The translations under genes and the position numbers were made by a program. A DNA stretch of 64,000 nucleotides from Selaginella moellendorffii. Its lineage: Eukaryota; Plantae; Lycopodiophyta. Below, one piece after another: positions 1-12,971 of the stretch. The notes beneath the pieces are model-generated. The model searched no databases. It saw nothing but the letters and a program-made list of their open reading frames with translations, and was not told the origin of the DNA. The stretch is from positions 354,181 through 418,180 of the forward strand of contig NW_003314311.1 in the NCBI RefSeq assembly GCF_000143415.4. The letters are read 5' to 3'. How positions within the stretch are numbered: the first letter of the stretch is position 1; every line of letters begins with the position of its first letter.

Positions 1-23
1 AGGATTTGAGGCGTGGAGCTCAC

Positions 24-245
24 CCCCCAGATGCAAAAGAGACCACTCCCATCCCCGCGTAGCGCCGAGCACAGCAAGCTCAAAAATCCTCGCCCAGTGA
101 TCGCATCCACGCTCGCCACTGATCTTCTCGCCTTGGATAGTTTGGCATCTGCTAGATCGAACAGGCAAACACCCCAGCTGGATCCCCACAGAGAAATCGG
201 TCCCGCCAAGACGATCCCATAGCCACCATCGCTCTTCTTCCACAT
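24..245 (-). CDS. Probable first exon of a gene running off the window start (weak resemblance to an RCC1-repeat-like N-terminus)
   Basis: Open frame from ATG at 245: MWKKSDGGYGIVLAGPISLWG...GRGFLSLLCSALRGDGSGLFCIWG, followed by a GTGAGC donor at 23. Family assignment is weak. Confidence 0.3.
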
Positions 246-1069
246 TGCGAGAGCCTCAATGGAAGAAAACCCCTCATCGACCGACAAAATGCGCCGCGCG
301 GTACCGCGGAGTGACGCAGGCGTCAAGGGGTCGAATACCGCCAGCGTGGGGGGCTTTGTGGACGACGCGTTGTAGACGCAGCACAGTAGCCCGTGTGCGC
401 TGGCGGCGAGACAGGGACCGGTCCACCGCGACTGGCATTTCTTTCCAAGAAAGCCCGAGACAGAGCCCAGAGAGAACCACTGACGGCATGCCGCGCTGTA
501 CGCCGCCAGCTGCTCTTTCGCACCGCTGGGCCTCTCCTGCCCACGTTTGTGCAGCACGAGCCAGGCTGTTTCACGCGACGCCGACGCTCGCCGAATGAAC
601 GGCACGGCGGTAAGCTCCCGCCACGCACGGCATACCGCACTGCACCGCGCGACGTCGCGCAACGGTAGCCGCGACAGGATGAGTACCGTCACGTCACTGG
701 CGATACCGTGGCTGCACTCTTCTTTCTTGATCTCCTTACCAACCATCGCGACCGTTGAAAAAGGCCGAATATTCTCCGCCACCAAGAGAACACTGCCGTT
801 AAAGCCAATCTAGCTGGACGAATCCAGACCCGCCACGTGGTATCCTTCCATGTGTTGCGGACCAACGCTATTCATCAAGTCTCCAATACACTGCCCGTTG
901 GAAAAGAAGTGCGCTCTCCTCTCATTAGCATTTTAGCTCTCATCGCTTCGCGGTTAGAGATCTTCCAGGAAGATTTTCTAATCCTCTCATTCGGTTCTTT
1001 CGATTCGAGAGCTTAGATCTGTATCAAACGAACGAGAAAAAGATCGGAGAAAAGGAACGCTTTCGAGCG

Positions 1070-2062
1070 ATGGCTGCTGCTGCGATTGAAAATGGAAGTA
1101 CCTTAAGCTCTAGAAGTCCTTTCAAGGAGTGGAATGCCCAGAACGAGGAGGTATTCTCGATTCGCTCCAGGATGCTCACGCCCTCCAATCGAAAGAAGTT
1201 CCAGAATGAAACGGCCTTGGAAAATGTACGTTGGCTTCCTTGCTTTCGTTCTTGATCCATGTTTTTCTTGCTGAAATCTTTTGTCTGTGAAGAACCAAGT
1301 AAGCTGCCAAATCTCCAAGCTGCAGGAAGGCTTGCAATCTGTTACCTCTTCACTGTCGCTCTTGAGTGACACCATTGGCAGCGCGCTTGCGGTAAGTTTA
1401 CCATCGAGGTTTTGAGTTCCTCAAGTGAAGAACTTCGTTTCGTTGGAACAACAGGAGTCATTCACTCTGATCGAATCGGATCCAAACTGTTATGCTGCAT
1501 CACCACAGAGATCACCACAGAGAAGTGAGTCATCAGATCAAAATTCTGACTGCATCACTTACAGCTCCTCGCAAAAGTCTCCGTCGTCTTCATCAACTGG
1601 AACAGAGGAGAGTCCAAAGTTTCAGCTCAAGCCTTCCAGCGATGTAAGCAGCTTTCGGTTGTGTAGTCTCCGGCTGACGCTAACGTCTGATCAAACAGCT
1701 CGCGATGTCTATGGCCGCCAAAGCCAAACTTCTACTCCGCGAGCTCAAGACCGTGAGAGCGGAGCTTTGCTTCATGAGAAACCGGACGTCACAACTAGAA
1801 GAAGAGAACAGAAAAATGCGCGGCAGTATGAGCAAAGGAAATGCACCCGAGGAAGATGATCTGGTAAGCAAAAGAAATTCTGAGAAAACTCGAACCTTGA
1901 ATATTTTTCTTGTTACAGGTGAGAAGGCAGCTGGAGACCCTCCTGGCCGAAAAAGCTCGGCTTGTACAAGAAAACGCTACATACAAACGGGAGAACCAGT
2001 TTCTTCACGAGGCCATAGAGTACCATCAATTGACAGTACAAGGAATGGTCTTGCCGGAATAA
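1070..2062 (+). CDS. Plant-specific coiled-coil protein of unknown function, 5 exons (1070-1225, 1293-1391, 1455-1643, 1699-1863, 1919-2062)
   Basis: GT-AG introns give a continuous frame containing the conserved plant motifs [15 protein letters not shown]...QLEEEN and [17 protein letters not shown]...REN.FL.E.IEYHQLT. TAA at 2060-2062. Confidence 0.85.
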
Positions 2063-2167
2063 AGTGAGCCGCGCTGAGCTGAATGACCAACTGGAGTTAG
2101 AAGATAGTTCTAAGCGGAGCCTGAAAGGCAAACTCACCGAAAAACTCCGAAGAGGCGAGCATCTAGT

Positions 2168-3098
2168 CTATCTCCTGATCGCAAAGGAGACTTTTCTGTC
2201 CGGCTTTGGAAGATGCAGATCGGCAGCAGGCTCCATATCCGTCTTGTCTTCGTCCTGTTCGTAGTCCATGTCCTCGGTATTGAGCAGTGTTCTAGTGGGT
2301 ACAATCAGCTGGTAGTTCACTGCCGTGAGTGTATCTTGATCTGGAGGCAACGCCAAGCCCGGGCCTCCGATCACCTTTGGCAATGGTATGCTGTTGCGAA
2401 CTTTTGCTAGCTCCAAGAGTGTCTAAAAGATGGAACACATACACATGCGTTAGTTTGGGAAGATGAGGAAGAACAACAATGCAAAGAACAAAGAAATGTA
2501 GAGGATGACAAAGTCAAGACTAGCTTCCAGACTCCAAAAACTACTCTAGAAATTCAGTTCGAGAACCACAAACAAAGATCATAAATCTAGCTTGACGATT
2601 TCTTCCACAAACCACAAACCAGAAAAGAATAATTCAAGCTTACCAGGATGGAACATGTTTCGGAAGAACCCAAACTTAAGGAAGAACAACAGAACAAAGA
2701 ACAAAGACGCAATCTAGAGGGCCTTCCAAGCACTAGAAATTCTGTTCTAGCACCGATCATAGATCTAAAGAAAATTCTTTCAAAGAAAACCACAGACCAG
2801 GAAAGAATTTGCTTACCTCTCTCGGTGGTGGCTGAGAGAACGAGTGATTGACGCGGGATTGCACGGCGAGCTTCACATCCTCGCAATCGATCGCCGGTTT
2901 CCCAGCGTGCTCCGAGTAGGCCTGCGCGTCCCCCAAGACCTCGGCCACATATCGATACCACATATCCAGGAACTGATTCACGACTCGCGGCTCATACTCG
3001 GCCACGCCCATCGATCGCATAATCGATCGCACAACTCGCGCATCGCGAGGAATGTCTTCGCCATCGACATCGCCTCCTCCTCCTCCTTCCTCCGCCAT
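2168..3098 (-). CDS. TAF9: TFIID/SAGA subunit TAF9 (histone-fold), 2 exons (3098-2817, 2422-2168)
   Basis: [29 protein letters not shown]...[21 protein letters not shown] spliced to [15 protein letters not shown]...TLTAVNYQL, the hallmark TAF9 sequence. Confidence 0.95.
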
Positions 3099-3429
3099 TG
3101 CCTCTGCCCTAGGTAAGCTCGATTTTACCCTAATCTATCAATTGGAGCTTTGCCTCGAGCGACAAGGCGCGGAGGTATCGCGTCGCGAGCAGCGTCGTCT
3201 TCGATCCATCTCTTCGATCGTGATTCTCCTCTGGCGGAGGCGAGCACAGTCCATCCATCCAGGTTCTAAAACCTCCTCCCACTGGAAGAGGCTTAGGGTT
3301 TTAGTCCATCCATCCGGCGCTTGCGTAGCTCCTCGCATTGCTCTTCGTCGCGACGAGAATCTCGCTCGCTTGCGCGCGCGCCGCGTGAAATTCCAAGGCG
3401 CGACCACGATGTTGTAGCGGCCGACGGCA
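3099..3429. promoter_or_regulatory. Putative bidirectional promoter between TAF9 and NOT1, with a telo-box
   Basis: Head-to-head ATGs at 3098 (-) and 3430 (+). TAGGGTTT (reverse complement AAACCCTA) at 3294-3301; CG-rich. Confidence 0.6.
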
Positions 3430-6400
3430 ATGGCATCGCAAGCTACTGCCGGTGATCATGCTCCAGGGCAAGAGCTCAGAGATTGCCTGAGGTAATGTTC
3501 TAGCAAAATATCTTCACTCTCTAACGAAGAACTGCTTTCCAGGAGATTTGACGCTGTTGCTACCAGCGACCCCGATACTTCGGAGGCGCTCTTGCAGCTA
3601 GAGGGCTCTTTGCAAGCCGGGCTCGTATTGGAGGAGCTCGGCCATGCATGCTCCGTGGATGCCACTCACTGCAAAAGGCTACTGTCGTTCTTCCTTCCTC
3701 TAAACGAGAAGGATGTAGCGCAGATCATTGGGCTGGTGTCGCGAACTCATCTCGGAGTCGAGGACGTCCATGGAGCTTATGCCACTGTCTTCTCGGTGCT
3801 CTGCGACAGCCCCTCCTACGTAGGTGATTCTCCGTGGTTGAGTACATGGAATCAGGATGTTCTGATCGATACTTTGAAGGAGTTGGTAAGATCATTGCTG
3901 TTACTCCGTTTCCCGTTAATTTGTGGATATCTTCCTACAGGCTCCTGCTCTGGACTGGCGTCTAGTGATAGAGAATCTCGATCATGAAGGGTTTTTCGTT
4001 CCCGACCAACAGGCTCTGTCGGTTCTTATGTCATTCTTTACAAGGAACTCTCAGGTTGGCTTGTTTTACTTTTCCGAAGCGATGACCTTAGTTGTATTGT
4101 CTTCAGGATACGTTCCCTATACAAGCTGTTTGCGGGAGAATTTGGAAAAATACAGAAGGACAACTCTCATTTTTACGGCATGCAGCTGTTGCGCCACCTG
4201 AAATTTTTACGTTCGCAAGCTCTCACAGAAAACAGGTAATATTTTTTTTAATCCTGTTTTTATTGAACTTCTTATTTCTTTTCTTATTTTTCTTGAAGAT
4301 GCTGCTGGAAGGTTACCATAGGTTTGCGTTTGGTAGTCCAAACCATGCTTGGCTATCCATGGATTTACTTGAAACGCTGTGCCGGCTAGCAGAGTTAGGC
4401 CACGGGGAGGCCGTTCGATCTCTGCTAGAATACCCCGCGAAGCACTGTCCGGAGCTGCTTCTCACCGGATTAGCCCAGCTGAAGGTACAGCACTATTCTA
4501 CATTGAGCATCTCGACAATTTGCTTTATCGTTCCACAGACGGACTGGAACCTTGTTCAAAACGAATATTTTACGCCGTTGTTTTCTGCGTATCTTGGCAT
4601 AAATCAGCATGCAAGTCTCGTAATGCATCAACTATGGCTTTTAAGTAGGGAGCTAATGAAAAAAGCCATGGTCGAGATCCACTCCAAAGAGCCAAGCGCA
4701 ATTGGTCGTATTCTAGACGTTTGTCAGGAGTTAAAGGTATTGTACAGCTGATTTGTATATGACTTTGGCATTGACTATACATTTTTCAGGTTCTTTCGGA
4801 AGTGCTCGATGGTACACCTTTTCAGTTCTCTATTGATCTCGCAGCGTTAGCAGGAAGAAGAGAGTTCCTGAACCTTGAGAAGTGGTTGCACGACAATCTA
4901 GTAGTATATCAGGAACCCTTGTTTCAGGTAAATACATTGTTTTCTGTAAAACGAAGCTCAACTGTATATGCAGGCCTGTTTGAGCTTTCTGAGGGAGAGA
5001 TTGTTAGTGGAAAGTTTTAATGGACAGTCGGGAACTCCCCGGAGTGGACCGATTGGACTTTCTATGGAAACAACGGCAATCTTTTTCAAGGTTTTTTCTT
5101 TTTATGTGTCCTTTACAAGTTTTCTGAAACCTTCTTTAGGTACTCCAAGCATTTTCAGCGCAGTTATCTTCGAGAGAACTTGTCGAAGAAATGAGACGTG
5201 TGCACGCGGCTGCAATTCGTGCAAATCCACGTCTTCTTAGCGGTGCGGGTACCGAGCAGTCGTCGTCTGAAGCATTTTCAAGTGATGTTGAAGAGGAGGC
5301 AAACGTATACTTTCAGAAGATATACAAAGGCCAGCTTACCATTGAAAACGTTGTGGAGATGTTAGAAAGGCTCAATGGATCTTCAGTACCAAGGTTCGCT
5401 TCCAAGTTGTCTTATTAGCGAATGACTTTATTTGCTTTTTTTCCAACTATGCAGGGAGCACGAAGTATTTTCATGTATGATTCATAGTCTGTTTGATGAA
5501 TATCGCTTCTTTCCAAGATACCCGGAGCGAGAACTCAAAATTACTGCTGTGCTATTTGGTATCAGAAAGTTTTTTTTTATGACTATAGCTAACACATCTT
5601 TCCGTAGGTAAACTTATAAGTCATCAGCTGGTGTCATCGATCACCTTAGGCGTCGCCTTACGTTGCGTTTTAGACTCCTTGCGCAAACCTCCTGACTCGA
5701 AGGTGAGATAGAAAAACTGCATACTTTTCCTTCACCTATTCCGTTTCCTGCAGATGTTTTCATTTGGCATGACTGCACTGGAGCAATTCAGAAGCCGGCT
5801 TGAAGAATGGCCACAGTACTGCAATCATATCTTGCAGATATCTCACATGAGAGACGGCCATATGGATCTTGTTGATTATATTGAGCGCTCGCTGGCACGC
5901 GCATCGTCCACGCAAACTGACGTCCTAGCAAATCCTTCTAGTGATCAACAGAACGCTCATGTGCAGCCTGAGCTGGTATGTACGCGGAACACATATGTTA
6001 GTCTGACGTGTTTTTCTAAGGACGCTGCGCAGAACCTGAATCCGCAGCAGCAGGAGGAGCGTAGTGCAGGTGGTACGCTGGTGGCGAACAAACCTCTTTC
6101 ACAATCCGTTTCCTCTACCGCTCAACTGTATGAAATACTGAAGGGGCAACAAAAGGTGGTATTTTTGTGAGCGTTTTGCATCCTGACGTCCGTTTCAAAA
6201 CAGGCTATGAATGCTCAACAATCTAGTTCGCACTTCTCAAAACCAGCGAGAACTATGTCAGTTCCAGGTGTGATTTTTGCTTTTTCTCTTCTGGAATCTT
6301 GTGTTTTAAACTCCAGTCACAGGCCGACATGTAACTACTCCTGGATTTGGACATGCGTTGAACATTGAGACACTGGTCGCAGCTGCCGAAAGGAGAGATC

Positions 6401-9400
6401 CGATTGAAGTAAGACCGATTTTCTATGTTGTTTACTCTATGCTCTGGTGCGAATTTGCAGAATCCCAGCCTTGAGACGGAGGACAAGGTTGCCTTTATTA
6501 TCAACAATATATCTGTAGCGAATTATGAAGCGAAAGCAAAGGAGTGCTTAGAAGTTTTGAAAGACAAATACTACCCCTGGTTCGCTCAATATATGGTTAT
6601 GAAGAGGTATTTGTTGACATTGCCATTTGTATATGCGGTATAATTTGATTTTGAAGGGCGAGCATTGAACCAAACTTTCATGATATTTACCTAAAGTTCC
6701 TCGATAAAATGAATTCAAGAGCTTTGGATCAGGAAATTGTCAATGCCACGTACCAGAATTGCAAGGTATGGTACTTCATTGATTGTGCTATCTGTAGCGT
6801 TAGTTTATGCAGGTGCTTTTGGGATCGGAACTGATCAAGTCAAGTTCGGAAGAGCGCTCGCTTTTAAAGAATTTGGGCAGCTGGCTGGGAAAACTTACAA
6901 TTGGGCGGAATAAAGTTCTGAAAGCCAAAGAAATTGACCCGAAAACACTGATTACGGAGGTGAAAATATTTTGTTTTCTTGCTCTCTTACATTTTTATAA
7001 AACAGGCATATGAGAGGGGGCTGATGATTGCTGTTATACCATTTACTTCCAAGGTAACAGCTGGCCGTCTCTCCCATATATGATTCAGAGTTTATATTTT
7101 TGCAGATTTTGGAACCATGCCAAACAAGTCAAGTGTATCAACCTCCTAATCCCTGGACAATGGGCATTCTGGGCCTTCTATCCGAAATTTATGCGCTTCC
7201 GAACTTAAAGATGAACCTGAAATTTGACATTGAGGTCAGTCGTAAGTACATTTTAAATTGTAAATCTTTTTCTATGTTGTTTCAGGTTCTTTTCAAGCAC
7301 CTTGGTGTCGAAATGAAGGACGTAAAGCAAACACAACTAGTAAAAGGCAGAATGCGTGAAGTTGAAGGAAATCCCGACTTCTCCAATAAAGAACTTATTG
7401 CCGCTACCCATCCACCAGCTACCACGGAGCATAGCATAATATCTAACCTCAATCAGGTGGAGTTTCTTCCGGAGCTGCCGGCACATCCAGTTCCCCATGC
7501 GACGGGTACTCAGGTATGTGCTCCTGATAAAGCTAACTCAAATAATTCGTTTGGTTGTACTCAGCTACCTGTTCATGTATCTCCAAATGCATCCCAAGAT
7601 GAAGAAAAGGTCCTGCCTTTCGTTGGAGAACGTGTTAAAGCGCATTCCGCTGCCCCATCTCCGTTTTCTTCAGGACAGGTTCGTCTTCCAAGTGTAATGA
7701 CTAGTTTGCATAACGGGGAGTTTTGTTCAGGCTTCAACTCTTTCAAATCTTAATGTGTACGTGGTTCTTAATAATAGACTAGCAGGAATAAGTCAGCAAC
7801 ACCAACAGCAAATGCACAGGTAAATCATTGTTTCCGTTTTTATGATGTCTTACGCGTTTAAATTCAGAATTATTCCCTTGGCAATGGAACGGGCTATTAG
7901 GGAGATTATTGCCCCTGTGGTTGATCGTAGTGTTACCATCGCTTGCATGACGACGAGGGAGCTAATACAGAAGGTACATCCATTTTACGCGATGCGCTTA
8001 TATAAGACCGTTCGTTGCAGGATTATGCCCTTGAAGCGGACGACAATAGAACGCTTCATTCGTCAAATCTAATGGTTGCGAGTTTGGCGGGAAGTTTGGC
8101 TCATGTGACGTGCAAGGTAAAACGTAACTCATTACACCTGTTATCTAAATTTTTACTATAGGAACCTCTTCGTGTTGCAATGGCAAGTCATATTCGCAAC
8201 GCTCTCCAGCCGAGTATTAGCTCGGACGTATTGGAGCAGACTGTGCACGTCGTGACGAACGACAATCTTGATTTAGGCTGTGCAGTTATTGAAAAAGCCG
8301 CAACAGAGAAGGTAGGAGTTAAAACATTTTTGCAATGATCAAGCGTCTGATATGTGGTAAAGGCTTTGCGAGATCTTGAGGATTCCATGGCACCTATTTT
8401 GATAGCTAGAAGAACACAAAGGGATGTTGTTCATCAAGCATACACTCAAGGGAATCTTTCAAGGTTACCTGAGTCTCTTCGACCCAAAGCTGGTAGATTG
8501 TCACCCGCTCAACAACGTGTTTTTGAGGTATTGTGTTTTTCTTTTCTCCATGTCAATGTAATTGCTTTTGATGTGTGCTCAGGATTTCGCTCGTCTGCCA
8601 TGGCAAACACAAGCCTCAGCTGCAAGCACTCGCCCAAATTATCCGAACGTATTTCCTTCTCATACTTCTACCGCTATTACGCAAGCGTCGGATGTCAATG
8701 CTGACGAAGTGGATGTTCGCACCCAGTCGCCAACAAGGTACCTTTTGACACGCTACCGGTGTTTAAAGGCTCATTAGTCTATGCAGTTTTCCTGACGGAG
8801 GAGCCCGACATCAAGAAGTATTGTCAAGTGATGGAACTTCTGCTTTACTTCCAGATGGAAGTGGCGCAGAGCTTCTGAAGGTACGAAAATGGTCAGACAC
8901 ATTTGTTACTCATGCTTTTCTCTGTTCTCTTATTGGTACGCAGCTCCACGTCCCCAACATTTTGCCTGGACCAACTTTACCGACGGAACCACCCGGACCT
9001 GTAAGTCGGCCTGTGAAAGATGATGTTAAACCTATTCCTCGCGACACTGATCCGGTTGGACTTCGTGATCAGGTGACTTCGTCTTTCCTCTTCTTCCTAC
9101 TTGATTGATGCTTGTCTTTTTGTGTAGATTGCCCTCCTGTTCGATGAATGGGCTCGGGTGTGCAATACCCCAGGCGCTAATGATAAAACATATGCAAATT
9201 TTATATCTCAACTTACGCAATCTGGTTTCCTCAAAGGCGATGATGTGACGGATCAATTTTTCAGAATTCTTACTGTATGTTGCACAGCCTTTTCTATTTT
9301 CCGTCTTTTGACTTTAATGTGCGCAGGAGCTAGCTGTGGCGCATTCGCTTTCTGTGGAATCCTCTCCTATTGGCACTTTAAATTTTGCGGCCGTTGATTT

Positions 9401-11341
9401 GTACGCCAAACTTGTTGTGCTCCTTGTGAAGGTAAGAGTTGAAGAATCTTAACCATGGACTGTCTCAAACAATATTGGCTCATGCAGTTTTATGCGGCGG
9501 AATCAACAGCAAATAAAGTCGGCCTTCTTAACAGAGTTCGTGATTGATGTGTTATTCCCAGCTGCTGCTCCTTATGCTTGGTATTTGTATCAGGTTTTGA
9601 ACGTGACTGTGCGCGTGATTCAAAAGGACGCTGACGAGAAGAAAACTTCGTTTCAGCCGCGTCCTTACTTCCGCTTGTTTCTAACATGGCTCATGGATTT
9701 TAATGCGCCAGACCCATCATTGGATTCTAGCGTTTATCAGGTACGTGCTTTTGGTCCACTTCAATTGATTTTATGGATTGGAGCAGATTCTTCTTTCCTT
9801 CACCAATGCCCTCACGATGTTGCAACCCCTGAACACGCCGGGATGGAGGTGTGGTATATAATACCTCTGTGGTTTGTTTAATTTGCTGTCTCTCTTGCAG
9901 CTTTGTGTGGTTGGAGTTGATTAGTCATCGTACCTTTATGCCGAAGCAACTTTTAGTTCAGCAACCGAAAGGCTGGCCGAATTTTCAACGCCTCCTTGTA
10001 TCGCTTTTCAGATTTATGGACCCCTACTTGAGAAGTGCGGAACTCAGTGACCCGGTAAGCTTGGACCACGATGTCTAGCACCCAGACTCATTTGTCGGTT
10101 TAAACTTTTACAGATCAGGCTGCTGTACAAAGGCACTTTACGCGTGTTGCTTGTGCTCCTCCACGACTTCCCAGAGTTCCTCTGCGATTATCATTTCAGC
10201 TTCTGCGACGTCATTCCCCCGAGCTGTATTCAAATGCGTAATCTCATACTGAGCGCATTCCCACGAAATATGCGACTGCCAGATCCATTTACTCCAAACT
10301 TGAAGGTATTCCGTGCATTGTTGTTGACGTCTTTGTGACAATGGTATTTGCGCAGGTCGATTTGTTGCCGGAAATAAGCCATCCTCCTCGCATACTGTCT
10401 GATGTGGAAGCTGCCTTGAAAAGCAAGCAACTCAAGGGTGACGTTGACGAGTATTTGAAGGTGTGTGAGCTTGTTTCGTCAGAGTGCACAATATAACGTG
10501 CTCTTCATTTGCAGACGCGCCTGTCACCACCCTTGTTTCTTGTCGATTTGAAGCAGCGGCTGCTATTGTCACAGCACGAATCCGGATTGAGTGGAACGCG
10601 GTACAACGTCCCTCTGATAAACTCGCTGGTGCTCTATGTGGGAATGCAGGTATGCGAATGCTACTTACTGCTGTGACGAGGCATTACGCCATTCTTTTTG
10701 CAGGCAATCCAACAGCTACAGGCAAAGACCGCCCCGCAAATCGGTGTCCCGACCGCGCCTATCACGCACAGCGCTCCCATGGACATATTCCAGAAGCTGA
10801 TTGTAGAGCTTGATACCGAGGGCCGCTACTTGTTCCTCAACGCCATCGCCAACCAGCTCCGCTATCCAAACAACCATACGCATTACTTCTCGTGCGTGTT
10901 GCTCTACTTGTTCGCCGAAGCCAGCCAGGTAAGCTTTCCTTTTGTGCTCTTCTATGTAGGCTCTAGCTCAATCCTTGCGCTTTGCTTCAAAGCAGGAGAT
11001 CATCCAAGAGCAAATCACGAGAGTTTTGCTGGAAAGGCTCATCGTCAACCGTCCTCATCCGTGGGGTCTGCTCATCACTTTCATCGAGCTAATCAAGGTA
11101 TGGGGGAGATCGTTGTCCCTCCTTTCTTCTTTCTCCTTTTCGTTAGAAATATCTCTCACCACGCTCCCTTTATCTCGCGCAGAATCCCCGCTACAACTTT
11201 TGGAACCACGCATTCGTGCGATGCGCTCCGGAGATCGACAGGCTGTTTGAATCGGTCGCGAGATCTTGCATGGGACCACCGGCGAAGCCGACGGACGAGG
11301 AGATCAACGCGAGCTTGAGCGCCGAGGCGATCAAAGGCTAA
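3430..11341 (+). CDS. NOT1: CCR4-NOT scaffold subunit NOT1, about 40 short introns
   Basis: Motifs across exons: [110 protein letters not shown]. Last exon [29 protein letters not shown]...KG* (TAA 11339-11341). The start codon is inferred. Confidence 0.95.
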
Positions 11342-12033
11342 ACAAACACGCGTGAAGAAACCAAAAAGAAAAAAAGAGGAAGAACAAAAACTAGGAAAAA
11401 AAGGAAAGAACGATCGAAGAGAGGAGTGTAAGTAACTCGGCCTCGTTCTTTTTGGTTTGTTTTTTTGCTCTCCCCATTTTCCCTTGTTTTTGTGTACAGC
11501 GCGATGTATCATAGAAATTTTTTTTTCCCCCTATCAACAAAATTTCCGTACAGTTCTCGTGTCATAAACGGCCATGCCTGGCGGGTGGACCACACCCGTC
11601 CGTACGGTGGGATGGGCGGCCATGAGGCGCCAAACAAGCCTTTGTTTGTACTTCCGGCCGGCCAATGAGAAACGCGCGCTATACGCGACCTGCCCCTTTC
11701 TGGGGAGCAGTGACGGAAGAATCAATGTCTCTTCCCGACAAGCCCCTCCCCTCCAACCGCAACTTCTACCGACAAGGGTAACCAGTGGTAAAAACAACGA
11801 CCGTATTACCGCCACTGATATTTTACCAACGAGATTTTTGTTTTCTACTTTTCTCCTTTTACCCCGCCGTCAGTGTGACACTAGAAACCCACTGTAAAGG
11901 TGCTGCGAGGGCAGCTCCACATTTGGCTGATATCTTCGTATCATATTTCCATTCTCTTCTCTCTTTTTCTCTCCTCTTTTTGGAGAGAACGTTATCTCTC
12001 TCTCCATTCCACTCTACTTCCTCTCCAATTCCC

Positions 12034-12881
12034 ATGGGATGCAAGCGGCGGAGGATGCAATCGCGCGAATCTTTGCAGAGCACGGTGGTGGAGGAGAAAT
12101 CCAGAGGCTCGGTGGTGGTGGTGGCGGCGGAGGAGGAGCGGAGCAATGGCGGTGAGGAGGCGGAGGAGTCGGGGTGGACGACTTACTTGGATCAGCAGCC
12201 ATTGTCATTGTCTCCTCGAGTCCAAGAACCACAAGCTCGAAGGCCGCGAAAGAGATCGCTCGCTCGCCAGGATTCCACGCTCTCGGTGCTCTCAGACGCC
12301 TCCTCGGGGCCAGTCACGGATCATCGATCGCAAGAACAAGTAAGAGCAAGTTACTTTTTTTTTTCCTCGTTTTTCTGGCATTTATTTGCTTCATCACAGG
12401 CTGGAGAAAACATACTCAAGTCATTATTTAATGAAGACAACGAATCAGAGATTGACAATGTAAGCTATTCCTTTGTGGTTTCAAGATGGAAGAACCATTG
12501 TTTTATCTCGTTTGGTCCTCACTTCCATTTCTTTCGTTTTTTTCGTGTCTCAAAAAAACTTTAGGGAGCTTTCGAGGCCATTGAAAGTCAACTTTGTGTT
12601 CTTCGGCGATTGATACCAGATGGAAACAAGGTAGACGAGATCAAAAAAAAATCTCACAGCCAAAAAATCTCTCTTGTTTAGTTTCACGACGAAGAAATGT
12701 TGGACAAAGCGATCGAATATGTACATTTCCTGCAGAGGAAAATCCAGGTAAACAAATCAATTGCAAACCTTTACTAAAGATTTGTTCACTCGTCTCGTAG
12801 ATATTCGAATCTAAATGGCAACGCAATTTACAAGAGCGAGGCTTGTGTTTGATCCCAGTCTCAATGCTAAAGCTCGTTTGA
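12034..12881 (+). CDS. VUP1 (vascular-related unknown protein)/SOFL-motif protein carrying a basic-less HLH; 5 exons (12034-12339, 12400-12459, 12565-12630, 12682-12747, 12801-12881)
   Basis: All introns are phase-0 GT-AG. Exon 1 has EESGWTTYLD and SVLSDASSGP. Exons 3-4 read QLCVLRRLIPDGNK-FHDEEMLDKAIEYVHFLQRKIQ. The last exon ends NLQERGLCLIPVSMLKLV*. Confidence 0.8.
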
Positions 12882-12971
12882 TTCGTGCCAAAGCCCCCAA
12901 TCAGAATTTTGGATTTGCTGCCACGACAGTAGCGTGCACAATTAGAAAATATGATTTGATATTTACATACA

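Noticed and set aside
245-813. Cluster of short ORFs in a CG-rich, palindrome-rich stretch
   Set aside because: No recognisable domain or splice logic; more likely promoter or repeat DNA. No terminal repeats could be defined.
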